Counted from the first letter of the whole stretch, positions 24,259 through 38,070 are shown. The stretch is 63,666 nt of DNA, filler included, from Rhabdomonas costata (GCA_019059605.1; 55 parts of 55 records of this genome joined end to end with filler, not necessarily neighbours in it), one strand, 5' to 3'. The notes: generated by a model not told the origin, from the letters alone. Numbers and translations: made by a program.

Positions 24259-26678
24259 NNNNNNNNNNNNNNNNNNNNNNNNNNNNNNNNNNNNNNNNNN
24301 NNTTAATTAATTAANNNNNNNNNNNNNNNNNNNNNNNNNNNNNNNNNNNNNNNNNNNNTTTGTGGGGGTATGTTTGTATTTCGCCTTCAGTATTTGCGGT
24401 TCTTGATTCGGAGTTAGGTGTCTGAGTTCGTGGTTAGGAATTCGTGTTCGGCATTTGGCTTCGGAGTCGGCATTAGGGGTTCATGCATTCGGTCTTCTGT
24501 TCTTCAAGGTTTAAAAATCGGTACCAGCAATTGCGGCTATATACCAGACGTCCTGTATTCTTTATATACGCGAGCTTCTTTCAGATGACATATCATGAGA
24601 ATGCATTGGTTCTATTCTAAAGGTCAAGCACATAGCCTGCAAGGGAGTGGAAAGCGATCAAATAGCCGGTACGGAGAATATTGCGATATCCAGGATGTTG
24701 GCGTTTCCTGCCCAATAGTGTGCCTATGGATGTGATCACAGAAGCGTCGAATTCTAATACTTTCGCTTGTCCATGTTGATAAAGTTGATAATGGTATGGG
24801 TTCGTAAAGGTATCTGGTTACGTTGATGTTGGTGAGTCGGCGAAGCGTGAGAGGGTTCTGGTGGTGGTGTACGTGTACCTGTGGCTGGACGTGGTTCTGG
24901 TGGTGCTGCACGTGTATTTTTTGGTAAGGGTATCTTTGTCTGCTGTGCCTATATCTCTGTTGTGTCTGTGCGGAAAAGCTTCTTAGTTCACCATGCTGAT
25001 TGCACTTTCCCATTTCACCGGTTTCTCGACGTTTGGCCTTTCCAGAAATCCTGGGTTTCTATGTGTATGGTGGTTGTCGACGAGCGTGGATGGATACAAT
25101 TGGATAGGAGATCTAGGTGGACTGTGTGATCATGCAAAATGCACTTTTTGCAGCAGCCGATGCCTTACAATCACATGTATAACCAGCAATCTAGGATGTA
25201 CGCTGCCATGACCACCACCTGATGATACCATCGGGACATCATCCCACATGCAGACTGACACACCTTCTCCATGTGGTGCTCTACCCTAATGGGATGCCAT
25301 GAAGTGCCACCACTTTACTTTGAGGTTGTGTACGTGGTGACACACATAGCTTACAACACAGTACATCGGCAACATATCTATGAATACCAGCACCATACTC
25401 GCTACACCAACACCAACCNNNNNNNNNNNNNNNNNNNNNNNNNNNNNNNNNNNNNNNNNNNNTTAATTAATTAANNNNNNNNNNNNNNNNNNNNNNNNNN
25501 NNNNNNNNNNNNNNNNNNGGTGTGGGTTCTGTTGAAGGCCGTTTCTACTGGACTCGCAGCATTACACTCTTTATTGATACACTCATCTCTCCATGCAAAT
25601 GGCGCTGCCCGGAGCTCGCCCGGCAGGCTTTTCATTCCCTGCAGCTGCGCCTGGCTTCAAAATCGCCCTGGTGCACGACCCATACACCTCGGGAGGTGTT
25701 TGGGTGCGAATGCATGTGCGTTGAATGAAGGTTAACCTGGGGTTTTGTGTCGTCTCTGATATCCTGCCTGAAATGAATGTGGTGTGGTGTGGTGGTTCAA
25801 GAGTACGGAATTGTCAGTGTGGTTGCAATCGTGGTTGCTTCTCTGGGTTTCTTCTGTTGAAGGAAAACGGTTGCTGATGGGCTATCCTCATCTGGGTTTT
25901 GCAGCACCGCCAGATCACCTTTTGGAGCGTCCGGGTGCGTTTGCGGCACTTCCTTTTTTGTTTTCTGTGGTTGGGTTACGATACAGTGCGTGTGTACTAC
26001 CTTTTTCGCTTATTATTCCCGCTTTCGCTCGCGGTCGTTCCCCCCCCCCCAATTTTCCGCAGTCAATAGATTTTGGAAAGGATGGAAAACTTTTGTGCTT
26101 CCCCGAATTCAACGAAAACTGCCCCCAGGACCGAGCAGTTTAGCTGCCGCTCGATTCCATTCCCTTATTCTCGAGCAGAAGAAAGAAAGCAGGGCAAGTA
26201 ATGTGAAAGGCCAACTCCAAAGAATGATTGCACTCGGTACCACCGAACTTTTTCCAGAGGGCACTGGGAGGCATCCCCCAAAAGTGAGCGCGCAGCCCAA
26301 CTCTGCGGAGGGCTTCGTACCTCTGCAGTCTTTCAGCAGTAAACCGCCTTCGCCTTCGCCAACGAGCCTTCCACGGCCCGCCGCTCCGCAAAGGTATGCA
26401 TGTTTCTCTTACACTTGGAAGGGGTGAGTGCTGCGAAGCGATTGTTGAGTGGGTTTGGTTTGAGTGATCTGTGTGTGCGCCTCCATCATCTGCTGATGAT
26501 ATTTTCCTTCTTGCTGTTCTGGGGGCGCTTCAGCCGGGCAATAGTCTCGTCAGCCCGTCTGAAGCGCCCCCAAAAACCNNNNNNNNNNNNNNNNNNNNNN
26601 NNNNNNNNNNNNNNNNNNNNNNTTAATTAATTAANNNNNNNNNNNNNNNNNNNNNNNNNNNNNNNNNNNNNNNNNNNN

Positions 26679-27676
26679 GGGTTTGGGGAAGCAAGAGACC
26701 CTCGCCCACCGAGTGATGGAGTACCTGGTGCGTGGCCTGTCTGCAAAGGGGAGTGGGGTGAGGGAAGAGGGGAGGACCTTTTCAGACCCTTGTGTCTGAG
26801 CCTTGCGAAAAGTCAGCTGGGCTTTGGACGTGTCCGTGTTACATTCGGTTAGCGCTGGAGGTTTGTTTGAATGAAGGGCACGGCACAGGCAATCTGAGTC
26901 AGCCTTTGTGTAAAATTTCCCATTTGGTTCGCTGGTTTTTGTTATTATCAGGAATCTGCTGCCACGCAACTTACACGCCATGTGACACCATGTGCAGTTT
27001 TCGGTTGGCCAGTTTACAATACATTCAGTTTCGGCACGCGAGTTGACTGGCAAACGGTAACAGGTTTGCTTCTGTTGGAAGATTGCCGTTTTATTGGGTT
27101 CTGTTGGGATGCATCGTGTTGTGCCTCCACGTGTGCAGGGCCGGATGTTCGTGTCCACGGGGGGCTTCAAGCACGGGGAGTTCGTTGGGCAGTTCGGGCA
27201 GTGGCTTAGGACGCTGTGTGCGGACCTGCTGAAGCTGCTGAAGCAGTGCCAGGAGCCCAAGTTTGTGCGCCTCAGCGCCCCGGTGTACGTCCTGGGCGAC
27301 ATCCACGGCAACTTCCAGGACTTGTTCTTTTTCATGGACAACCTCGTGCAGTTCGGTGCGCTCTTCTCTCTCTTCTTTGTGGGATGCGGAACTTCGGAAA
27401 AGGATTCCCCGGATCTTCATCAGCTCTGTCTTCCGTTTTCTTCACCCACATCACCAGTAAACCAGTGGGAAACTGGTAATATTTCCGTTTATTTTTACGA
27501 GAAGAGATTTGGAGAGCGATGTTCGTCGTTTGCTTTTCTTTTGCTTTGCAAGTGCGGTTTCTACTGCGGAGCAAATTTTGGCCGGGTGGCTGTGTTTCTT
27601 CTTTTCAGGGTACCTGCAGTACACAAGCTGCTCCTTTCTATTCCTCGGGGATTACGTTGACCGCGGTGACTGGTCG
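26679..27676 (+). CDS. Ser/Thr protein phosphatase (PPP family), exons about 26679-26727, 27139-27355 and 27609-27676
   Basis: The GDIHG and GDYVDRG catalytic motifs lie in successive GT-AG-bounded, phase-compatible exons. Confidence 0.92.
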
Positions 27677-30571
27677 GTATGTGTTTCTTCAGCACACAAG
27701 TATTCTACTCTTTCGAGGAGGAGGTATCGTTGTCTCGANNNNNNNNNNNNNNNNNNNNNNNNNNNNNNNNNNNNNNNNNNNNTTAATTAATTAANNNNNN
27801 NNNNNNNNNNNNNNNNNNNNNNNNNNNNNNNNNNNNNNCTTTCTCCTCCTACTTTTGAACGAATCGTGTAACCTTGTTGGAAACACTGAGCAGGCTGTGT
27901 GGGCCCTTTTGTGTGGCCCCTTATCCGTAGAGCGCTTTTTTCTGCATCTCATTCTGTTTCTGTTTCCCGTTGGTTTTACTAGCCTTTGTTGTTTTACTTT
28001 GAAATCGAAAAATCGTCAGAGTCAAACCGTAGAAACCGTAAAAAAAAATGGCCAACCCTGGTTAGAAGGCGATCCACACATGTCTCCTAGGACTCCGAAA
28101 TTTTCCAGGATGTATTGGGACGCGGAGCGCAGCAAAGGTTCTCGCCTTCACAACCCGACCCCCTCTCATCCAGGGTCATTTTTTGCACGACACTATCTCA
28201 TTCTCTTTTCTATTCGACACTTTCGAAACCCATGTATCTTGTTGCATTGAGCGTTCTGCTGGGGATGTGTGCATTGGCGGTAATGTGGACTGGCCTTTCT
28301 TTGAAGTGTCGATCTCTTTTCCAAAGCTCTTCTGTCAGCGGTCTTCAGCCAGCCCGCATCCGACCACTGGGCAGCAACCCCATTCTCACGGGTGAGCAAC
28401 CCGCTTTCTCCTCCAAGCGACACAACCACTGCCTTGCCGCAGTCCTCGCCTCTCAGCTCGTGGCGATCGGTTTAGATCTGGCCTGGCAGCTATGCGGGGA
28501 TGGCCAGCCAAAGCCCACGGGGCTCACCCACACCGCAGCCGTGAGCCTCACTGCCCGGCGAAAGGCAGGTTTCTTCGGGGTGGTTTCGGTGGGCAGGTCA
28601 GGACACTGGAAACCAAACCGAACCGGTTTCAGCTCGCGCAGCAGCAAGAGAAGGTTGCAGGGGCGGGTTGCCGTGACGTCGACGACTTCATGCAACCTTT
28701 GCTCGCCTTTTCTCGCAGGGAGAGACGGAAACGCAAACCTCACTTTTCTCCTCCCCTGCAGCTGGTACAGCTTACTCAGGCGACTTTTCTATGTCTTTTC
28801 AAAAATTTGCTTGGACAGTGGGCCATAACAAAATAACCAGAATTTTCCCCACTGCGTGCAGGTCAGGCTGTTGCACGTTCGGCATGGTCGGACCCTCTNN
28901 NNNNNNNNNNNNNNNNNNNNNNNNNNNNNNNNNNNNNNNNNNTTAATTAATTAANNNNNNNNNNNNNNNNNNNNNNNNNNNNNNNNNNNNNNNNNNNNAA
29001 AATGGCATGGTAGTAGGGATTAGAAGGGTGCGAAGAGGATTAAAAAAGAATTGGGAGAGGAGAATATGGGGAGAGTACATACCGCGGACGGCATCATCGG
29101 CGGCGTGTCGGGAGGCAGCGGAACATCGACGACCGGGCCGATCATGGGACTGGGAACGCTCTGTTGAGAGGTGAGCACACGGAGGAAAGAATGTTGCCAA
29201 AGAACTTTGAATTAACTTTTCCAACTGGCATGAGGAGGCGAGCTGGATATTGTTTGCTCTCATGCGCGAATTCCCGTGAATGTTTCTATTGACACACAAT
29301 ATTGTAGTTGTGCTCCCTTGGGAACTTGTGTGGGTCGTTGTGGGATGTAAAAAAACTACACCTCCACATGCTCACATCGTTGCGTAATTGCTTGCTTCCT
29401 TGGTGTTACTTTTTCGGTCGCAAACAAGACCGGAAACACTTTTTCTGTTTTCGGTCTTTCACACGCAGAGGTACACCTTAGATGGAGGCATTGCCTCAAA
29501 CCATTCGCAGGCCGAAACGTACCACCTGCTTTCCCTAGTGTCAGTTACAAAGAGAGAAGCGTCATCGAGGGGCTGTGCTTTATTTCACTTCGGGGCGGAC
29601 TGGGCTGCGCCCAACGGGCTCCCTCTTCTTTCAGCTCTCTCTTCCTAGCTTTCGCAGGCGGGTAAATAAAAAGGAGCAAAACCCAGCTGCGACAAAGCAT
29701 CGCTAAAAGGAATCCTACAATGAATGAGGGTGGAGGTTGGTGGAGATGGGGATCGGGATGGGACATGCTTGGGTTAGCTGTGAGGCGCGCCGAAGCCTGG
29801 ACAGCTCACTTTCGGAGCACTGCGAACACCCTAATGAAGACGAGCGGCTAGCGACCAGGTAGGTCGCGCGCAGGTCAGAGGAGTGCACTGGAGTTGCCGA
29901 GGAAGAGCCTCCTCCCCAAGCTGCTGCCATTTCTGCGGAGAAAGGCGGGGGATGCAGTTTATCTGGTGAAGCGCGGAAAACCAAACCAAACCAAACCAAC
30001 AGGCAAATTCGTGAACTGTCCTCCGAAAAGAACTCCAGCAATCATGGAACAACAAAANNNNNNNNNNNNNNNNNNNNNNNNNNNNNNNNNNNNNNNNNNN
30101 NTTAATTAATTAANNNNNNNNNNNNNNNNNNNNNNNNNNNNNNNNNNNNNNNNNNNNTGTTTTGTGTATCCTGCACCCTTGCAGATCAAATGCTGCAAGG
30201 GTGCAGGATACAGTAAACGGCAAAATCAACCCGCTAAGAGAGCTGCGGTGCAAAAGTCCACTCTCAATATGAAGGTTAATGCTGCCCAGACGCGCTGCGG
30301 GTCCCTGGCACAAACCTGGAGGTACACTTCGCTTCTGTCCCACCGCCGCCAACTCATGAACTGCTATGCAGTCCCTATAGTGTCCAGTGCGACTGGAAGT
30401 ACGCCTTGGTATTCCGTCTCACACTGACTGAAGGTCACTGAAAAATCCACCTGAAATATACAATTCTAAAGAAAAAAGAAAAGCTTCACAGCTTACTATA
30501 CAAACATCCGCGTCACCGCACGTCTCTCTCTCCCACTCCTTTCATCACAATTTCCTTCATTCCGAGCATTC

Positions 30572-31217
30572 TCACAGCCCCCATACACTAACTCCGCTGG
30601 GGTACTCCACGCTGAACTTCAACGGAAGCTTCAGCTTTTGCCCAGGCTCCAGCTTCCGCAGCCACTCCAACGAGCCAAGACTGCTGCTCAGCTTCAACTC
30701 CTCGGAGTCCGCCGAGGGAGCCTTGGGCTCCAGCAGCTCCACCACAATCTGCTTGTCCTCGGACACCGGGATTTGGTCCCAAATGACGATCTGACAACCC
30801 CACACCAGTTTCCAGATCGGAAAATCGCCATATTTAGACGGAATCCAATGCATCCCCTCTCTCACATATTTGTCACGATCCACAACACCTGCGGAGTGGA
30901 ATGTTTGCTGGACACTCTCGCCAAGGGTACCATGTCGAGACACCTTGGACACTGTGTGTGCGAGTACTTTTTGAAAGTCTTTCTATCAGAGAATAAACTT
31001 TCGTGGAACTGAACCGGACCCGCACGCACGAAAAAGAAAAATACACACCTCCTCCTTGGTCTTCTTGTTGTTCTTAATCTCAATCAGATACTCCAGAAGA
31101 ACCTTGTGACGCCCCGGAGAAAGCGAGAGGAAGCTTCCCCCCTCCTTGCTCGAGATTCGCCGCACCGTGGTGTGACTCACGGTGATGCCCTCGTCGGCAC
31201 CGAGGAACACCCAAAAC
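30572..31217 (-). CDS. DUF4139 (MuiA-like) domain protein, last two exons (31049-31217 and 30572-30790)
   Basis: FLGADEGITV...YLIEIKNNK | IVIWDQIPVSEDKQIVVELLEP...LEWLRKLEPGQKLKLPLKFSVEYP, with a GT-AG intron in phase 0. Confidence 0.85.
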
Positions 31218-31673
31218 NNNNNNNNNNNNNNNNNNNNNNNNNNNNNNNNNNNNNNNNNNNNTTAATTAATTAANNNNNNNNNNNNNNNNNNNNNNNNNNN
31301 NNNNNNNNNNNNNNNNNGGGTTTGGGTTCCCTGGGAGTCCTGCCTCCCTCGCCCCTCGAGTAATTTCTGTTTTTCTTACATCTCCTTACGATCGCGCGTA
31401 TCATAACCCAGACCTTTTGTTGTTTTGTTGGACCTATTTCTGCTTCGGGCTGGTTGGTTATGCGATATGAATAAACCCAGTAAACAGCCCCTGGCCGACG
31501 CCAAAAAAAATTTGTTGGTAATGTACACAGTGCAGGCGATTGTTAGAATCAAATGAAAAAGACAGATACATGTTTAGCAGAATAGAGAAGGGTGCAGCGA
31601 ACCGCAGGGGGAGGAGGCTGCACACCCTAACATACAAATCAAGAAATACGCTTCCATGAAAAGAGAGTGGCAC

Positions 31674-32320
31674 CTGTCGCACACAATCAGGGAAGGCTTG
31701 CCATGAGCCCTGGCGATCTCCACAAAGGTCTTCTCCTGCTGAAGCTGTGGGAGAGCCAAAAAACCCCACCTCTGCACTCGCAGTCTCCCTTCAGGGCCGG
31801 GGGGGGGGGCACCGTCAACACACCAGAGAATGGCGAATTAACCGTAACCGTTGCGCATGAAGCAAGAAAAGGTTCAGCCTGTGGGAGAAATTGTTCCAGA
31901 AGCGAAGGGCAGGCAATTCAGCAAGAACACGCATGCGATCCCTTTTTTCATCTTTTGCAGCGTTTCTTGGTTAAAGGTAGCTGATGGTTTGCTGACAGAC
32001 AATAAAAACGTATTGCAAACAAAACAAACCCTCAGACCCCGCCCTGGCACTTAGCGCCCATGAAACCAGAAAAAGATGCCCTGGTGATGGCTATCCCTGT
32101 TCCCCTCCTTCCCTCCCGTCCGGAGAAAACAGAGAGAGTTTTGGGTTCAAAACCTGGAGCAGCAGCAGGGCGGTCTGGTAGGCAAAGCTCTGCGATGGGG
32201 TCAGCCCTGCAAAGTTTACCCCGCCGTTGATCAGCAGTGTGGCGACCTCAGGGACGCAGAACACAGAGATCCCCGCGGCAGAAAACTTCCGGATGATCGC
32301 AGACAGTGCCGAGCTTTTTC
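31674..32320 (-). CDS. Ttd14/AAA_28-like P-loop NTPase, exons 32154-32320 and 31674-31744
   Basis: GKSS...VFCVPEVATLLINGGV...| LQQEKTFVEIARAHGKPSLIVCDR matches the Ttd14 pattern GKTT..VPE.AT.L..GG...IICDRG. Splice sites are canonical. Confidence 0.8.
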
Positions 32321-35300
32321 CTGCAAGCAATAAACGAACACGAGAACATATGTGAGCATTATAGAAAACCAAAANNNNNNNNNNNNNNNNNNNNNNNNNN
32401 NNNNNNNNNNNNNNNNNNTTAATTAATTAANNNNNNNNNNNNNNNNNNNNNNNNNNNNNNNNNNNNNNNNNNNNGTGGTTGTTGTGAGTGAGATGTTTCA
32501 AACTCAAAATGCATAGTGAACGCACATTGAGTTTGAAACATCTCACTCACAGCAACCAGCCAATCATCCAATGCGGGTCATCCGATCTGTCTCCCGCCCA
32601 CCATGCTGTTCCACTCCCAGTCCTTTCAATTCGTTTCTGCTACTGACAGCGGCACAAAAACAGCTTATGCAATGTGCAGTGAAAAATTTGTGGCAGGACA
32701 CATAGCGGCCTGGTCTCAAGTTGGTTTCTCTGCCGCGGGGAAGATGGCAAGTGAGAGTAGCCCGCTGTTCTGAGGGGGTTTGAAGAAGGTAAGTTGACTC
32801 TGGTGCTCGAATGGACTGGAAAAGGTTGTTGTTTCGGTGGTTACCATTCCCATTCAGTCATTCAATGCCGCACACCGCGCAGATTTTTGGAAGAGCGTTC
32901 TCACTTTCCATTTTTCTTTTCCCTTCCTGTGGAACACCATGATTCTCTGTTTTTCCTGGGATGGGTTGCTCCGCCAGTGCTGGTAATGTGCGCGAGAGCA
33001 AGTGTCCCCCGTGTCGGAGGTCGATTGCACCCACGCTTGGAAGCCCTCTGAGGAACTCACCAGCTGTTTCTAACAAGGACGAAACCGTACCCGAGGTGAA
33101 ACTTGACGCCCCCATTTTTTCCTTCTGGGGTGGCTTTTTTCTATTGCGTGCGATTCGAGTCTGCCTTTCTGCTGCAGGCTCCCATAAAGAACATAAATGT
33201 TGCCACCGAGGAGGAGGAGCAGTACAGCAATTGTGTGATTTCACACTCTGCTACGTCCACCACCGATACGGAACACGACACCTCAACAACTTTGGTACGA
33301 TTTGTTTCTTCTACAGTTTCCCTTTCCAAGAATATTTCGCCCTTATTTTTCGCGTCACTGCGGCCCAAGCACGTCTGGAGTGCAGCATCAAAGAAACAGT
33401 TTACAAGAAGGAGCACGAGAGATCAGAGGCGAACGCAAAATACAAAGGCTGAAGCGTGAAAGAGAAGTTTGAGAGGGGAACCACTGTTCACCATTGGGTT
33501 TTCTTTGCGCTCTGACAGCGTCGGAAAGTGCGCNNNNNNNNNNNNNNNNNNNNNNNNNNNNNNNNNNNNNNNNNNNNTTAATTAATTAANNNNNNNNNNN
33601 NNNNNNNNNNNNNNNNNNNNNNNNNNNNNNNNNGTGGTTTGTTGTCGAAAAGGCTTGCCCAACTGAATGGATGCTTTTGAATTTTTGTCGTTGTTTGTTT
33701 GGGATGCGGCTGCAGGATATCTCCCAATATCAACTGTTTTCTTATCCAAACACAAAACAATGAAGGATTGAGGTTGTTTGGTGTGAGGGTAGAAAAAGGG
33801 TGAGGCATTTCTGGCTCATGCTTCGGAATAAACGAGGTCAGCCCGGCGAGTTAGATAGGTTGGCTTGGGCGTCCTCCACGTCCTCCACGATGCGCTTTAC
33901 TGGGAGAGAGAGAGAGAGAGAGAGATTCGAATCTCCTTCTGGCTCTTCTTCGGAAGAGGATTAGGGGCATCGAACACCCAAGTGGACTTGTTTCCCCTTT
34001 CTTTCGTTTTAATCCAAGCTGCTTGGCACACCCTTGCGCCGTCTCCCCCTCCAGCGACCTACGTGCCCAACCCGTACCTCACCCAGACCTTCCAGCTGCT
34101 GAGCACCCTGGGCACCTGCCCATCCCTCGGCGCCGTGAACGCCACCGTCTCGAACTGCCCCGCTGGTATCGTTACCCGATTTTTCGCCCCTGCCGTGCGG
34201 GCGCTCGAGAAGTATACGTCCCCCTCAGGTGAAGCTAACGTCTTCACGCATCGCAAAGCGATTTGTATGTGACCGGAATCTGATCTCGCCTTGAGTCAGA
34301 AAGCGATGCCCCTCGGATGGGCTATGCGTCTCGTTTTAGAGGGCATTCGTTTTTGGGGTCATGACACGTTGAGGAGTGAGCACTAAGTGTTGGTGATGCA
34401 TGACAGGGTGCTGGTTCCACGACGTCGCGACGTAGTGGGGGGCCGAAACACCAGATGGAATGGAAGGGTGACACAGCGGAGCTCGGGCTCAGAAAGAAGC
34501 ACCGCGTGAGGAGCGCGGGGCAACGGACGCAAGGGCTGGAGAGGGCAAAAAGAAAAGAAATGGGTGGTAGAGCACGTACAACATAGAAGGCAGGAGACGG
34601 GCACAGTGGAAGGAGACCATCAAGGGTGAAAGAGGTGGAGCGAGGGGGAATAGCTGGTTGTCGGACAGGCGACACCATCTACAACAACAACANNNNNNNN
34701 NNNNNNNNNNNNNNNNNNNNNNNNNNNNNNNNNNNNTTAATTAATTAANNNNNNNNNNNNNNNNNNNNNNNNNNNNNNNNNNNNNNNNNNNNACAGAGAC
34801 AAACAATTTAGACTCGTGCATCGGTGAGGTAAACCTGAACGCTTCCCAATCTCATTCCCTGAAGTTGCGCAATTATCTGCGTTTGGTGTCTCTCGAGCTT
34901 TTGCGTTCTGACCGAGAAATGCCTCCGAAATGATTGCTCTTTTCTTTGTGCACCCCCATTCAGGTTTGCCTGTTTGCAGCTGTTTCCTCTGCACTGGGCG
35001 GTCGGCGTAGGTGTGCTGCAGAAAGCACAGTGCGGCAGCTCATCACTCTCTCAGCGATTTTAAAAAAAAACAAATGATAGGGTGGGACAGTGTGAAGTGT
35101 ACTGCTACCTGTACCCTGGGGCGACGACCGGCCCCAGCCATGTCAGCATTGAGGGTGGCCGCACTGTTGTCTGGCGGGATGGGAGTTCGGGCGACTGCAA
35201 TGGGAAGCGGCACCCCAGTCGCACAGCAGCAGAGGACTCACTAAGGTTGTTGCTGCTTGTGAATGTGCTGATTTTTGGGTGGTGGTGCTTGAGAATACAA

Positions 35301-35531
35301 ATGCCCACTTCTCCCAGGAAGTTCAAACCGACCTTTGGATGGGTCAACGCAACACCGCAAGACAGCACTGGGTAAAAGACGCTGCCATTGTATGGATGAG
35401 ACTTTCCCATCCAAAACACCTATGCACGGTTGGCGGTTGGTTTCTTTCCGTCGATTGAGCTTGAAGTTGACAGAACCGACGACCGAGAATTAATTAATCC
35501 CACTTCCACCACCAAAAAACCAAAGCTGCAG

Positions 35532-35698
35532 CGTGACGGCGGCGTATGAGGGCTGCTGGGTGCCCGGCAAGGGCCTCCGTGGGGTTTCCCTCACCGAGGC
35601 CGTGTCCACCTCCGCCGCGGCGTGGGTGCTGGCGGGGTACAACAACACTGTCGTGGCCCTGGGAGCCCCGTCTACTACGCAGGCCCGCCTTCTGTTCG
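35532..35698 (+). CDS. Exon of a divergent kinesin-motor-like domain with a degenerate P-loop
   Basis: WVLAGYNNTVVALGAPSTTQARLLFG aligns without gaps to kinesin VLEGYNGTIFAYGQTGSGKTYTMFG. Boundaries are cag| and |gtaag. Confidence 0.5.
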
Positions 35699-35951
35699 GT
35701 AAGTCCTCCCCTGTGTGATGAAACAGTCCCATTTGAGTGGGTGGCGTTTCTTCATGGGGCAGCAGCTTTCTTGAGTGCTTTCTGGGTGGTGGTTCCCTGC
35801 CAACGGCAGGTTCTTCTTAATTGACCCAAACAACCAAACTCACCCACCACANNNNNNNNNNNNNNNNNNNNNNNNNNNNNNNNNNNNNNNNNNNNTTAAT
35901 TAATTAANNNNNNNNNNNNNNNNNNNNNNNNNNNNNNNNNNNNNNNNNNNN

Positions 35952-36485
35952 TTGTTGTTGGGGATCCGCAGCTTCAGTGAACTGACGCTGGGAGTGTCTG
36001 TGCTGAAGCGGTGCAGCATCCTGGTGTTTGACATCCAGAACTTCAATGGGCTCTCGGAGCGGATGGCCCCGCACCAGACCTTCCACTTTTTGAACCTGTG
36101 GCTGTGCACCACAGGGCCCGTGGTGCGGCGACACAACGGGCTGGTGGGGGGCTTGCACGGGACGATGGTCAGCGCTGTTTTCACGGACCCCGACGAGGCG
36201 GTTGACGCCGCCCTGGAACTTTTGGTGTGCACACATTGCCTGGCTCCCATGTGCCATATGTGGCCGTTCGCACCGTACTAAGCGGGAGCCAAAGATGTAC
36301 CCTTTTGTCACCCTGGGCTCCCCTCCTCGAGTTGGGTCGAATTGGCCTGTGGGTGGCGATGGCACGTGTGGGTGGGGGGAATCAGGACGCTGCAGCGGGC
36401 GCGGGGGCCAATGACACCTCACTGCCGATGCAGGTGGAGCTTGGCGTGGCAGTGCACACCGGCGACCTCATGCTCGGCATCCTGG
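35952..36485 (+). CDS. Class III nucleotidyl cyclase-like domain, degenerate; exons 35952-36224 and 36434-36485
   Basis: SILVFDIQNFNGLSERM.P...FLN...PVVRRHNG...AVDAALE and VELGVAVHTGDLMLGILG. The usual KYIGD motif is replaced by GLHGT. Confidence 0.8.
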
Positions 36486-37881
36486 GTGCATTCCCCATGC
36501 ATCCCATTCCCCATTCACCCTCCCCTCATCCCTCCCTTTCTCTTCGTTCACACACATAGGCAGAGCCGAAGCCGGCCTGAACTTGGAGCAGAGGGATTTC
36601 ATCCCCCCCACCTTCCCGCGTTTGCCTCCCATTTTCCTGAAAAACCAACTCCTCCTCGAAACTTCCGTTCGAAGTTGCAGGAGCAACGTTCGCAATATCA
36701 CATCAGGCAGCCCACGTGCGCACATGGAGTGTCCTGCACGCGGGGAGGTAAGGGTGGAGCAATCGTTGCGAAACTGCAGTTTACACTTGGGCTCCATTTT
36801 CCACTTTTCTTCCCTTTGTAGGCGAGTCGGAAAGCATGCAAGTTGCCCTGCTCTCCGAAGCCTTGCAGGTAGTGCACATTGTCTGTTTTCTTTTCCAATG
36901 TTCTTGCGTACCTTGCTGACCTCGAAAGCTAACCGAAGTGTCCTCAGACTGCTCGACTCCCACTGCTCAAGTGAGCGATTTGATGTTTCCTCACCACACC
37001 TCGCCCACCNNNNNNNNNNNNNNNNNNNNNNNNNNNNNNNNNNNNNNNNNNNNTTAATTAATTAANNNNNNNNNNNNNNNNNNNNNNNNNNNNNNNNNNN
37101 NNNNNNNNNGGTTGGGTGGTTGACTGGTTGACTGGTTGGTGGTAACCACTGGGGACTGACTGGCGCACGCGCTGTTGGCCACGGGTGCTTGCGAGAGGTG
37201 CCGTTGGAGCGAACGGTGCCGTGGGGAACGCCTCTTGGAGCTTTTCTGTCGGATGGGTGAACGGGCAGCACCGGTATCAACAGGCGTCGCCGTGCCAGCA
37301 CCTCGCTCTATCGTTGCGTTGCGGGCTATTCCTGCCCTCTTTCGTGAGCCTCCATGGGCCCTTGTATAAGGGGCTTTGATTTCTTGCGATGCTCGATGGT
37401 CCGCTTTTACTTCTGCGCACTAGGTCGGTCTCTACGCGTTTATACGCGGGTCTGTTCTAGGTGCTCCTCCCTCCGGTGCACAAAGGGACACCGTTGGAAC
37501 TTGCATGATATCCCGTGCTAGCATCGCACTCCTGGGGCACGCGTGCTCGTCTTCCACCTGCTTTCGGCTGCGGCTTTCATGTCTCGCCCCTGGGAGTGTA
37601 GGGGGGCTCTTTCTTGCCGTCGGCCTCTCCTGCTCTGCGTCTCTGTTCTCCCTGGATGCTCCATGCTTGGCCACAAGGCTGCTGGCCACACGGCTGCTCG
37701 CGAATGGTTCTCGGTAAGCACATGTGTGTGTCCATAGAAAAAAGAGATGCCTCCAATGATCCAGTCCTATCCGCTGTGTACCCGTGGGTCCAACAGGAAG
37801 CACGGTCGAGCAGCCTGGCAGCACTTAGGCAGTAACAGTGACGGAGGCAGAATAATGTTAACCCAAAATCAATGAAGCGTT

Positions 37882-37913
37882 GAGTGAGTGAGTGAGTGAG
37901 TGAGTGAGTGAGT
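37882..37913. repeat. (GAGT)n microsatellite; a similar tract lies at about 59269-59310
   Basis: Directly visible in the sequence. Confidence 0.95.
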
Positions 37914-37944
37914 GTGCGTGCGTGCGTGTATCGAAGCGAACCAC

Positions 37945-38070
37945 AGCAATCTAAATACTCGCAGGGGTAAGCGCTGCAAGGTGTGTCCGCAGGCTTCTGA
38001 GCACGGCAGGTCCCGATGCCCCACCCATTGTAGTTCAGGGAGCTGCCGGTGCCACACGTCGGATCTGTAG
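37945..38070 (-). CDS. Cys-rich exon of a probable extracellular protein
   Basis: DPTCGTGSSLNYNGWGIGTCRAQKPADTPCSAYPCEYLDCC follows the acceptor ctacag|. Confidence 0.35.

Noticed and set aside
28115..28836. Overlapping long ORFs on both strands (also 7007-7704, 26631-27341 minus and 55849-56564)
   Set aside because: No recognisable domain, and the coding frame cannot be chosen. The 26631-27341 ORF is the antisense shadow of the phosphatase gene.
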